From: the human T2T-CHM13v2.0 reference genome, Homo sapiens
DNA length: 64,000 bases
Strand: one strand, 5' to 3'
Assembly: GCF_009914755.1 (NCBI RefSeq)
Contig: NC_060936.1
A model generated the notes under the pieces. That model was not told the origin of the DNA. It saw only the letters and a list, made by a program, of their open reading frames with translations, and made no database searches. The position numbers and the translations under genes are program-made. How positions within the stretch are numbered: position 1 is the stretch's first letter; every line of letters starts with the position of its first letter. This document shows positions 29,229 through 42,895 of the stretch, in pieces.

Positions 29229-31842
29229 AAATACTACTCCAGAGCCTGTCTGTGCTTTTTCTACTAAAGCACACTCTTCCTCCTTCCTACTTTTCTTCCC
29301 ACCTTCCCACCCCTATCCTAACTTCCATTCCCCTCTCCTAAGCAGTTTTGCAGTTTTAAAAATCAACCTTGACTGTGGTAATAGAACCTACTGGGGTGGA
29401 AGAGAGTTTCAGAAGTTCTGGAAAATTTTTGTGCTCACGAACTGCAGGCAGTTTCTAAGCTGGGCACCAGATCTTCCCCTAAACCAGAGGTGGCATTCTG
29501 CTCACTGTAAATAAATAGCAGACTACCTTTCCCTCTGTCATTTCCCAACGTACAAACAAACCAGTGCATTATCTATGACTGAGATTTGGTTATTCTATAG
29601 AGAAACAGGAATAAAAGAAAATCAATAATAACGAAAAAAAAATACCAGGTCACAGAGGATTTTTATTACCAGGTCGAAAAAAAAAGCTCTGCAGGGGGGC
29701 GTGCAATGAGCCAAGCATTCACTGGAATGAAGTCACTGGGGTGGGGGAGGAGGGAGCACGGAGGAGACTGGCTACCTCTTGCTGTTAAGGTCACTACCCT
29801 TTGACAGAGGTGGCCTCTGACCTCAACAGCCCTACAATTCTGTTTTGACTGACCCTGAAACCCATGAAATTCAGATGTAGGCACTGCCCAAAAGTTGAGA
29901 TAAAGCTGACTAATATGGGAAAAGCTCCCGGTATGTGCCCCCAGCTGAAAGGAGCTGGCAGTTCTTTGGCGGTAGACGCAATTTATTCTGTCCTCCTCCT
30001 TTCAGGGAAATGCTAATCCTTCATAGGCAACTCAAGGGGAAGACTAAAATGTGTTGATGATGAATGACAATAATCCTTTGTCCACCGCCACCTCCTCCTA
30101 GGGTTGAACCTTAAGAGTTTAATCAAATGTTGGTAAGTAAATTAATGCCTTACTGCAAAAGGAGGTGGTGGGAAGAAAGGTTGTGAGAATATATTTCCTC
30201 TGACATGTGAATCTCAATAAACTTAATTGCAAAGGCATTGATATGGGAAGGGGGTGCTGAAAGAGTGTTTTAGATTCCTATTTACACACACATACACATA
30301 ACAGTCACTACCCGAAAACTGTCTTACAGCATGTCAGTGTTAAAATGTTAACTTTGAAGTCTAAAGACCAAAGCAGCACAATGGAATCACTTTGCTGTTG
30401 TTAAAAACAACAGCAGCAACAACAAAACTCATGCATTTGTGCATCCATAGGAACAGCAAGATGTTTAGCCCTGAATCTTCACATCTTTCTAAGGAAGGTT
30501 GCATTTTTCATTCCAGTTCAGCTAACATTTTAGTGGCTACTCCATGCCAGGTCCGCCTTGCTGGCCACTTTGACAGCCATCTCTTTTAACCCTTCCAACT
30601 GACTGCAAAGTAGGTATAATTATGCTCATTACAGTTGAGAAAAATCGGTGCTCAAAGACGGCAAGTGATTTATCCCTGTACACCCAGAGTTAAAATTCAA
30701 ACTAGAGTCTTTCAGCTTCGGGTTTTCCTGTTAGATACAAAAAATTGGTTGCCAGAAGGGTTTCAAGGAATTTGACAAATGATCAGCTTCTGAGACTCAC
30801 ACAGTGAGTCAGGGCTAAAAACCAGGTTTTCCGATTCTCAGTCCGGGTTCTTTCACCACATTACAACATTGCCACCCAAAGCGCTGGGTTTTCCCAAGAG
30901 GTGTTTGGATGGGATTCCAAGTCAGCGAGATGCAAATAGGTCTGACCCACATTCCTGCTCTTGGGTAAATAAAAACTCCTAAAGGGCAGAGCCCATTTTG
31001 TGTGCTTAATCTAAGAGTCCCACTGTGGGTAGTCAATCAATATTAAACAACTAGAGGGACATCTGCCTAGGACTAACGGCATGGACTCAATTTAAGCAAT
31101 CAGAATACAGTGAATATTACTGAGGAACCTCATAAAGGTGCTGAAAGGCTGAATCAAGTAAATTTTTAAGAGTTGGAAAAAAAACCTTTGAAGTCATCTA
31201 GTCCGACTCTAATTTTATGAGATAGAGATAAAATAATGTGCATAAAGATCTGAAGACAGTCAGCAACAGACTCTCCCTTCCTGTCTCCCAATTCTATTTA
31301 ATTTTATGTCCTACAGCATTGTAAGGTAACGTTTTCAGGAATGCAACATGTTGTAAGTCGAAGTTGGACTGGCTGGTTACAGAGTCGTCATTGATTATGA
31401 AACATCTCTCATACTTAACTTTTCCTTTCCCACTGACCAAACTGACCTCTAAGAAATCGCCATTGCTGGCTTTCAAGTTCAACCAAGTTGGTGTCATTTC
31501 TCAACAAGAGTCTCATTAATTTTGGCCTCCTGACCTTTTCTTACAGCATTTCCCCGTTTTGGAGCCCTCTATGCTCTCTCCACCATCCCTCTTTACAGAT
31601 CACCTCCTTCAAGAAGGCTACTCTGACTACTATCCTTCCCATTAATGTTTATCTTGCTTTGATTTACACAGTACTATGTTCAATTTGTTTTTTCCTATCA
31701 GTAAAAAAGATTACTTTATTGTTTGGTTGTTTCTTATATCCCCAAAGGATATAAGAAAAATTTAAAAAATTTTTATGGTATCTAAGACAATGCTGTGCTC
31801 CAGTGAGCACTACATATGTGTTAAAAGATCAAACTATGTTAA

Positions 31843-32171
<329 letters not shown>

Positions 32172-32208
32172 GAGACTGCATTCTTGGTAAAAAATGAAAT
32201 AAAAATAA

Positions 32209-32513
<305 letters not shown>

Positions 32514-32633
32514 AAAAAAATAACTTTCATATTGTCAGGTTATTTCTCAAAGACTAATGAGTTACATGCACATGAGTTTGGGGGTCTATCAAAAAACCAG
32601 TTCAGTGGTAGATACTCTATCAAAATATTGATC

Positions 32634-32760
32634 CAGTGGTTCTCAATACTAGCTGCTTATTCAAATCAACTGAGAAGCTTTTAAAACTACCAGTATCCAG
32701 ATTTCACCACAGATCAACTGAATCAGAATCTTTGGAGGTATGCCCAAGGAATGATTTGCA
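32634..32760. mobile_element. MER5A fragment
   Basis: cagtggttctcaa...tcaaatcaactgagaagcttttaaaa...caactgaatcagaatct. Confidence 0.65.
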
Positions 32761-35700
32761 TATATCATATTGATATTTGATTTGCACATATTGATTTTCA
32801 CATCCCCACTCTTCATAATAGGTTTTTCTAAAGAATTAGCATATTTAAAGGTGGTTTTGTTTTTCCGAGAATCACAAAATTTTAGAACTGAAAAATTTAG
32901 AACTGAAATAATATCTGGATCAATCCCTTAGTTTAACAGCTAAGGACACTGTGGGACAATCCAGCTATTATTTCAGTTCTAAATTTCTAAACCTCAAGAA
33001 AGGCTGAGTGAGTGGCCTCACATAGTGAGGTGGTGGTTGCTGAGTGACAAGTCATATCTTGAATTAGTGGAATTCTCTGAACTCCAGTTCTGGAGCTGTA
33101 GCCAATAGACCAAACTGCCAAGGCTTTAAATTCTGCTTTCTTCTAAAGAAAATGTATTCAAAATATTATAACAGTTGAATTTTAAAAGCTGTTAGCACCA
33201 GGTACTCATTAAAGACCTTCAGTTTGGCACATTCCAACTAGCCCATTGTCATGGCAAGAGGAAATGCCACAGCAGGATATATCAAAGTCCAAAATAAATG
33301 ACTAGTATCTATTTGCAGGCTTTTTCATTGGCCCTAACCTGAAAGTCCATAATATTTTATGTTATCAGAGCCCAGGGTGCTTCTAGCCCTTAACTATACC
33401 ACTTATTAGCAAACTTCCTTGCTTATGAGCCAGCTAATCAATACTCTGAACTTCCCTTTTCTCTGTAAAAAAGAAAATAGTGCCTCTTATTGATCTTGCA
33501 ATTTCAGCTATAGTAAGGATTAAATCAAATAATCTATGTGGAGATATTTTAAGAATTTAAAATCTCTATCCATAGATATATATAGGATTACTATATTACT
33601 GTTTGTAAGAGCAACGACTTGTGAAAAAATATTTGTTGCTTTGATTACCAAGGCTCTAAATATTAATTCCTTGCTATCATGCCACTCAAGCATCACCAGG
33701 AAGTGAAGTCAGAACAGGACTAGAGTCTCTAGTCCCTGAAAGTATCCCGTAACTAATATTCAAGGAGGTAAAGTGATGTAGTGACCTAGGACTCAGCTAG
33801 TCTAGGCTCCATTCCCAGAGTCTGCTATTGACCTTGGACAAGCCACTTAATTTTTCTGGAACCAGAGTCTCGTCAGTGGTCAAAAGATGACTTGAATTAG
33901 AGTCAAAGATCCCTTTGAGTTACAAAATCAGAATATGAACATTTAATTAAAATTACTAAAGTACAACTTCCCAAGTCATTAATTCATCTCGTTTTACATT
34001 TTTTAAATCTCTTTTTAGAAGTACAGAGTTGGAGACTAAAAACATAGCCTATTTCTGGCAAACAGACATTTCAAAGACATGTGTCTGAAATGTCAGAGAC
34101 CTTCTAAAAGAATTCTAAAGAGAAACATCTCTACGGAAATAAGATACTTTGTGCTCGTTTAATATCGTCTCTGGGAGACCCTTGCTCCAAAAATAAATAT
34201 ATGGATACCCCCAAAGCACTTAATTCTGTACTGGACACAGAGCAGGCACCCAAATACTTTGTTAACAGCTCTCAGTTTTTGTCCCAGTTCTTGTTACTTA
34301 ACTCATCTGACCCTGTTTTCTTATCTATAAAGTGGGAACAATACCTTCCCCAATGATCCATTGAGATTAGAAGTATTAAAAAGTTCTGTAAACTGTTAAA
34401 AACAATTGCAAGATGTTACTATTAGCTTAGAAAATTAGCTAACTATTCCATGACCTTACTAAAATGTGCTTTTTGGAGAGATGGATTAAAATCTTTCTGA
34501 CTTAATTTATTACAGAGCACCTACCCCAATGCCTGACTCAAATATGCTCAATAAATGTTTGCTGCATGGAAAGTATAATATACAGAAAGACCAAAAGCTC
34601 CATAAACTCAGGTCCCATGTTCGTTCTTATTTCCGAATTCCCAGTATCTAGCAGAATATCTACCACAGCATAGAAGAAATTCAATCATTAGATAAATAAA
34701 CTTTTGCCCCCTCTAGTTCCTCTTCAGCACAGCTCAAGAGGGAGAGACTGGTAGGGGAGACATCAAGGATGATTATGGGTAAAGGCTGCTTGGAATGGAA
34801 AACTTGAAATTACTTGGAGAATTCATCCACTTTCCATCAAAAAAAAGCTTGGGAGAGCAGAAAGAGCACAGGCTCTGAGTTCAAATTCAGTTTCCAAAAA
34901 TCTGCAATTTTGATAAATTAACCAACTAACCTCTCCAAGACTCAGTTTCCTCATCTTAAAATGAGAATAACTCATATGGGTGCTCACTAGAATGGAAGCT
35001 CCATGAAGGCAGGGACTTTACTTTGGGCCCACTGTATCCACACTGCATTTAACAGCACCTGGGCACAGCACAGGCTCTCAAATATTTGTTGAATGAATGT
35101 GTATGAAATTGATTGAGCTAACACAGGTGAAGTATTAACAGAGTGCCTGACACGTAATTACCACCGGGGCAATGGGAATCTTTGTCATCACCACCACCGC
35201 TACTGTATCGGTATTATTACAGTTCCCGGAGGTCGTAGAGCGGCCGCTTCGGGGGGAAAGGCCTGGTTTCAAACCTCGACTTTCCCATTCTCTGGCCGTG
35301 TGACTTAGGATAAATTACTGAAACTATTCGGGTTCCTTTTTATTTCCACAAAAATTTGTGTTGGGAGAATTAGAGGATATAGGGAAATTACCTAAGAGAG
35401 TCTGGAGCCCCGGTGGCACGAGATGCATGCTAGAGATTAGTATTAAGGCAGAAAATCGCCGAGTCCTCTTTTATCCAGATAACTGCCTTCAATTATTTCC
35501 CACATTACTGTAGCTGAGTACATAACAAGAACGCAAATAAGGGTGGAAGGAATTCCCGAGACCGAAACCGCTAAATGAGAAAAGGGAATTAAACCGTGCT
35601 TGACAGTTCCCACCAAGGGATGGCAGTTTCCGCGACCGTCGGCCAGTCCAGCCAGCCCAGCCAGCCGAGACTGAAGCAGGACAGTCAGCGACATAACGAA

Positions 35701-35794
35701 CAAAACCGAAGCAGACGCTTAGACCCTCCCTCTAACGGTCTCCCCGCCGCTGGCCTCAGGCGGCCGCCAGACTCCCGTTTCCGGCCCTCGCGGT

Positions 35795-35927
35795 ACCACA
35801 GTTCCCAGCATGCCCTTGGCGGGAATTCTTTCCGGCTGGATGACTACCAATCCCAGCATGCCATTCGGCACGCCAGTAAATTAGATGGAAGAGCGGGATA
35901 GCCCCATTGCATGCAGGGAATTGCAGT
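35795..35927. promoter_or_regulatory. Three ZNF143/THAP11-type (SBS) motifs
   Basis: ACCACAGTTCCCAGCATGC (35795-35813, +), ACTACCAATCCCAGCATGC (35843-35861, +) and ACTGCAATTCCCTGCATGC (35909-35927, -) versus consensus ACTACAnnTCCCAnnATGC. Confidence 0.8.
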
Positions 35928-36190
35928 CCATTTAGCGGCTGGTTCATAGATGGGCGGGGAAGAGCCGGGTTGCTCTAGTCCTTTGAGAATGATTCATAGA
36001 GGAGGGTCAGGAAAGAAGAACGGTTCAGTCTGTGAAAGCCCCCTTAAAAGACTGGACAGTTCTCCGAGGGAGGGAGAGGCAGGAGAGCAAGCAGGGCCTT
36101 GGGCCTGACTCCGCCTCGGTCCGCTAGCCAGGCCTCGACCGAGTCCTGGGCCTTGTCAGGGGCGGCCGTGAGGCGCCGGTTGCTGGGGGA

Positions 36191-36232
36191 GCGGTGACGT
36201 CGCGGGGTGAAAGTTGAGGGGCGGTGACGTCG
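36191..36232. promoter_or_regulatory. Twin CRE-like (CREB/ATF) sites
   Basis: GCGGTGACGTCG at 36191-36202 and 36221-36232; TGACGTCG matches 7/8 of TGACGTCA. Confidence 0.8.
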
Positions 36233-36391
36233 GGCCGGCCCGGGCGGAGGCTGGCGGGTTGGAGGCAGGACGGAGGGAGGGAAAGAGGGAAGGAAGGAAG
36301 CTGGGAAGGAGCGAGCGGGGGCGCGAGGCGTTTACCTGGAGGCAGCGGCTTGGGCGCGCAGAGCGGCCGCGGCTCCCCCGCACCTGCGGCC

Positions 36392-36475
36392 ATGGATGAG
36401 GAGCGCGCCCTCTACATCGTCCGGGCCGGCGAAGCAGGGGCTATCGAGCGGGTCCTGAGGGATTACAGCGACAAG
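36392..36475 (+). CDS. RIC8B: RIC8B coding exon 1: [28 protein letters not shown] (G-alpha chaperone/GEF, synembryn-B)
   Basis: Strong Kozak context gcggccATGG, 84 nt, donor AAG|gtaaag; N-terminus recognised. Confidence 0.96.
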
Positions 36476-38526
36476 GTAAAGAGTCCTGGCCCCGGGCGTG
36501 CGGTATCGCACCCCCGGGCCGCCCTCCGTGCTTGCACATCGCATCCTTCCCCACCCCCCTCATTCCGGGGATGCGCATTGCTCTCCCCCGAAAACGTTTC
36601 CGGCTTGGGCATGCGTGTTTGTGCCCCCAGCCTTTTCCATCCATGCATCCTGCATCCCACTACCCCCACTGTAGCGCCCACTCCTCTGATTCCTGGCCCA
36701 GCAGCTTGACCTCCGGTCCTCCTCTCAAGCGTGCAAGTCACACCCCCGGAATCCGTAGATGTGCATCTGTGCCCCGTGCCCCACTCCTGGATGCATAAAT
36801 GCATGAGAGGCTTCCTCACCTGTATAGCATAAAAATACGTGCTTCCCTGCATAAACACGGCCCTTGACATGCATCAAATGTATCAGCAACGATGGCAGTT
36901 TCTATACGTTTAGCACTGTACGGTTTTCAAGGCATTGATGTCTCATCTATGGTCTCCTTTGATCCTCAGAGTGTTTATAGGGTAGATGGTATCATCCTCC
37001 CCATTTTATAGATGAGGAAACCGAGGTGCAAAGAGCTGAAATCACGCCCAAGGTCATGGACATATAATGTTGTAAGTGGGTGGAGAATGTAACTCCTAAT
37101 GATACCTGTTATTTGTATCGCATTAACAGCTTTCCTATCCATTATCTTATTTAATCTTACAGCAATCCTGTGAGGTATTATCTGCATTTTGCAATTGAGA
37201 CTCTAGATTGGTTAAGTAACTTGCCCAAGGTCATACTTGGAGCTGGTATTCCAGTTTAGTTCTTTCCACTTCACAACTCTGCGTAAAAGAGTATCTTGTT
37301 ATAAATCCCAGTCACTTCTCAGAACCTCTTTCCAAGAACCGTTAGCTCTTCATTACTTTTCCTTCCAGGAATTTTACATGCTCACTTCAAAAGATAGCCT
37401 ACCACACCTTTATCCTTTGGTTTAGAAGACTGCTTTATAGGAATGACTGGCGACTCCCTTCTGTGAAAACACACCCAACACCAAGTCACAACCTAGCTGT
37501 TAATGTTTTTCTTTCTTTTGCCCCCGTACATCGTCTCCCCTTCAGTGTTTGCTTTGTGTCCACCACTGCATCCATCCACTTTGTATTACTGACAATTGGT
37601 GTCTTATTTTTGAATCTTTTCCACCCGGGGCAGAAATGGCATACTGGTGGCTGAATTCCCGTTTAATCTTCCCAACAACCCTGGGAGGAGAGTGATGGTA
37701 TTCCCCAATTCACAAATGATAAAATTTAGAATGATAATGTGGTCCCAAGTCCACACAGCCACTGAGAGATAGAGCTGAGATTTGAATTTACGTTGTCCAA
37801 CTCCAAGTCCAGCGAGCGCTCTTTCTGCCGTACTGTGTTGCTTTCCTTGGGAAGATTCATAGGTTCTATCTATTCATATCTTAGCTCCTTCACTTTCTGA
37901 TACACTTTATTGTTGAACATGTCTGCCTAATTTAGGAATAACTCATTCAATGCATAGTTGTACATATTGTGGAGATTATGATTTAACCCGATTTATTACT
38001 GCTTTCCAGAAAAGATATAAGGCAGCTTCAAACTGATTTTCAGAAGCAAGAAATGCAAAGAGAACTTGGCCATTTGTTGAATCAACTAATGTTTATTTAG
38101 CACTTACTATATGCCAGATACCCAGCAATAAATAGGAATTTGTTTCTGTAGGGGAGGAAGGAGGAAAAACCTTCAACTGGATATAATCACGTTCTTTAAT
38201 ATTTCTCCTTCCCTTTATGGCTAAACTAATTAGACTCCAGATTTGCTTCCTCCAATTTATCTCTTCTCATTGGTCTCCCTCCAGATTGGTATCTACTTAC
38301 CACTCCTGGCCAGGTGCTGTCAGAGCTTAAATCCTGAACATCTCCAGCTCCCCTTTTGTATTGGGAATGTTTTTAAGGTTGTTTTGCATGGTGTGTCTTG
38401 CTTAAGGTGGTATCTGAAGTGTTTCAAAAGATTCCCAAACCCTTGTAATTTTGGGATCAAGCCTGAGAGTGCTCTGACTAGATGTGAACTGGGTCAGTTA
38501 GCTCTTTCAGAAGAAAGCGCTCCCTT

Positions 38527-38808
38527 CTTTTTTGGAGACAGGGTCTGTATCTGTCACCCAGGCTGGAGTGCACTGGTGCAATCACGGCTCACTGCAGCCT
38601 CCATCTCCTCCCCCCCACCGACCCTCCCAAGTAGCTGAGACTACAGGTGCGTGCAACAGCACTGGGCTAACTTTTTAAATTCATTTTTTGTAGAGATGGG
38701 GTCTCACTGTGTTGCCCAGGCTGCTCTCAAACTGCTGGGCTCAAGCAGTCCTCTCACCTTGGCCTCCCAAAGTACTGCGATTATAGGTGTAAGGTACTGT
38801 GCCTGGCG
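38527..38808 (-). mobile_element. AluJ-type
   Basis: Reverse Alu body with tgtagagatggggtctcactgtgttgcccagg. Confidence 0.88.
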
Positions 38809-39254
38809 AGAAAGCTCTCATATTTAATACTGACTGTAGTAGGGCCAGTATAGTAGGGCTGATTATAATACAAAGAAAATGGCTGAACATCATATTGCAG
38901 TGAGGTTTTGCCCCTCAAAGGGAGAGATTTTGAGAGCAGATGAATAGGAAGTGAATGTATGATCATAGTGGTTCAGGCAGTAAGAATGGGGAGGTGGAAT
39001 TAAATTGCCCAGCTCTATGGTATATGGAATTTAGAACCCTGAAAAAAAATAGTTGGGTACCATATACTTCAGTTTCCTTATCTGGAAAAATGGATTTGAG
39101 AAATGTTTGGATTATGAGGTGATTATAGGGCATTGAGGAGTCCAACAGAGAGAAATGAATGCTGTAGAGAGAGAGAGACCGGTTCGTTATTTGGGAGAGT
39201 AGTGGAGAGGTTCTTTATGCTACCTTATACCTCTAATAAAGCTAGTCCTTGAAA

Positions 39255-39765
39255 GGAGGCAGTCAAGTGTAGTAGAAAGGTGGTGGGATTTGACATCAGA
39301 TAAACTTGGTTCAAATCCCAACTCTGCCATTTATTAGCTTTATGACTATGGATAAATTATATTAAGCCTGTGAGTCTCAGTTGCCTTACCTGTAAAATAG
39401 GGATAATATCACCATTCTCTTAAATTATTGTGAGGATTACATTAAATGAAATATAATGCCAACACTGGGCACAATGCACCTAGGAAGCACTCAGTAAGTT
39501 ACAGTTATAATGACCAGGGTACCTAAGAGGTGTGGCCGGAGCACAGGTTCTGTAGCCAGCCTGGCTATGATCCTCAACTTAATGGCTTGTGTGACCCTAA
39601 ACGAGTTACTTAACTTTGCTGTGGCTTAGTTTCCTCATCTGCCAAATGGAGATAATAATAGTAACTATATCATAGATTTGTTGTCAGGATTAAATGAGTT
39701 ACATGTGTAAAGCACACAGAACAGTGCCTGCCACTGAGGAGGCACCCCATAACTGTTAGCTTTGA
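39255..39765 (+). mobile_element. Two tandem MIR elements
   Basis: Two copies of the MIR core: ggttcaaatcccaactctgcc...tctcagttgccttacctgtaaaatagggataat and cttagtttcctcatctgccaaatggagataat. Confidence 0.7.
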
Positions 39766-40425
39766 ACAAAAAAATTAAACGTGGCATGAGTTGGGATAGC
39801 ACGATATTAAAATTTGGGAATATGCTCCATTCTTCCCCTTCTTTTTCTAATGGGTAGCAAAATTGTACCTTGTACCGCTTTTAGAGATACCTGTCGGGCT
39901 CCGGGAAACATCTAATTTCTACTGTGTTATATAGATTCTCATTTCCAAGCCTTCTTGCTTCATTCACTGACCTTTGTTATCTTGGAGAGAGGAAATATGT
40001 ATCTATCCCAGAAAGAATGAAACTTGTCTGTTTGTCAAGGGCATGACACAGCATAGGTCTCAGCATAGGCAAGTTTTTTTGTTTGTTTGTTTGTTTAATG
40101 GGAGGAGCAGTTGTTTTTCTCTCCTCTCAATGCACCTGTTAACATTTATTGAGTGCCTGCTATGTACTATGTATTATCCCAAGCATTTTCACATTTCGTA
40201 TGTCATCTTATATTAATTCCTCTTATATTAATCCTCTTATATTAAAACTTATGAGGGAGATGGAAGTATTCTATATACAGGCTCAAGGTCACATAGCTAA
40301 GAAATGGCAGACCTGGTCTTCAGATTCCATATCCAGGGATCTTTTTGCAGGGCTATGTTGCCTTTACCCTGTCTCTTCTGTGTTTTTGAGCACAGAAAAA
40401 GTTTCTTTTTCAGGAGTGGTATACT

Positions 40426-41402
<977 letters not shown>

Positions 41403-41514
41403 TTGGGTCCTAATCACCTCAACTTTAGTTATAGAATGAACTGTTAATTTGGGGAATTATGTATCATTCCAGTCTAGACTGTTCAAGCTCTTGCTCCCCC
41501 ACGGGGGCCTGTTC

Positions 41515-41548
<34 letters not shown>

Positions 41549-41655
41549 TGTGTAGAGTTGGGGGTCTCACCATGTTGCCTAGGCTGGTCTTGAACTTCTG
41601 GGCCTCAGCCTCCCAAAGTGCTGAGATTACAGGCATGAGGCACAGTGCCCAGCCC
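41515..41655 (-). mobile_element. Alu left-monomer fragment with T/(TG)n tail
   Basis: T run, then (TG)n, then gtagagttggggtctcaccatgttgcc... Confidence 0.8.
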
Positions 41656-42772
41656 TCAGGACTTCTCTAATAACACATTTAGTAGAGAGATTAGTTGCCA
41701 TCATTATCATGATTATCAACAACAAACTGTGACTAAGGGCCCTGAGGTATGGAGTAGTATCATGATTCTTTACATCGCAGGCTATTTATGTTAGAGGAGC
41801 CTCAAAGATAATAGGGCCCAACCCCCTCGTTTAATAGATGACTCATCAACTATGATGATAACCAGAGACGTGGCTTGGTGGCCCTGCAGGCCACCTGGAC
41901 ATATGACTACCCCATACATAGCAAATTCCAGCAGCATTCCAGTTTTGAAGTATGGCAAGTTTTTGGCCAAATGAAAGGTATTTAAGATACAGACAGATAG
42001 GTAGGTCTCTAGTAGTAGTCCTCTTAGGAGAAGAAAACAAGACTGCTGGCAGTGAGGTCTTCATTCATGTGCTAGAAGAACCTGATTCATAGAAACCTGA
42101 TATTGGGACAGTTCTATAAATATAGCCTCTACATTTGAATAGAGTATGTAAATATCCAGGACCATGTAAGAGGACTTTTTGTTTTCTACTTTGGAAGTTG
42201 GGCTCTGACTCTTTGATTTCACTCTGTGGGTTCTTGCAGAGAAGCATGTTTAGTGGGCTGTTCCTTTGTTATACTTTGTTCTTATGTCCAGATTATGTTA
42301 TATAATTTGTTTCTAATTTTTAGTTGTAGAAGCAATCTGTGTTCATGAAACAGCACAACATACACCACGCAATTAGGTTTATTCCCTTGTAGTAGTGCTG
42401 TTTGAGTGTATCTTTAGAAATCTATGAAATTATTCCTAGCTCTCTAATAGGTCAATATTTGGCCAGATGCCACACCATAGGTTATTCAACAATAACAGTA
42501 GTGGCCATTGAACACTACTGTGTGCAAGGTGCCATGCTTATAAAAAATAAGGAAAATTTGATAGGTAGTAAAGTTGAATAACTTGACCAAGTTTACACTT
42601 TTAGTAAACAGTAAGACTGGACTCAAACTCAAGGTTGTCTGACTCCTGATCCTGAGCTTTTTAGAGCTTATTCATGGAGTATGAAACCTGTAGTGAGAGT
42701 CCTCATAATAGTCTGGTGTGTCACTGAGCTGTTAGCTTGCTTGATCTCTAAATTGAACAATGGTTTAACTCT

Positions 42773-42895
42773 TTTTTTTTAAATGGGGTTTTATCGTGTT
42801 GCCCTGGCTGGTCTCAAACTCCTGGTCTCAAGCCATCTGTCCACCTCAGCCCCCCAAAGTGTTAGGATTACAGGTGTGAGCCACCATGCCCGGCC
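42773..42895 (-). mobile_element. Alu left monomer (FLAM-like)
   Basis: tggggttttatcgtgttgccctggctggtctc...ccaccatgcccggcc. Confidence 0.82.

Larger units (their letters stand above)
35400..36760. promoter_or_regulatory. CpG island / promoter of RIC8B
   Basis: Sharp rise in GC and CpG (clusters ~35600-35900 and ~36100-36620), GC boxes, and GCGGCCGC sites; surrounds RIC8B exon 1. Confidence 0.92.

Noticed and set aside
29483-29497. CTCF-like ACCAGAGGTGGCA between RFX4 and RIC8B
   Set aside because: The 5' half matches the consensus poorly; not supportable without a PWM score or ChIP data.
36476-36709. Continuation of ORF 36224..36709 past the RIC8B exon-1 donor
   Set aside because: A canonical AAG|gtaaag donor and an in-frame exon 2 explain the gene; the read-through is GC-rich intron.
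40204-40247. Triple tandem (c)tcttatattaa repeat; similar short doublets at 8316-8339 and 14960-14983
   Set aside because: Simple slippage duplications with no spacers; not CRISPR-like and no evidence of function.
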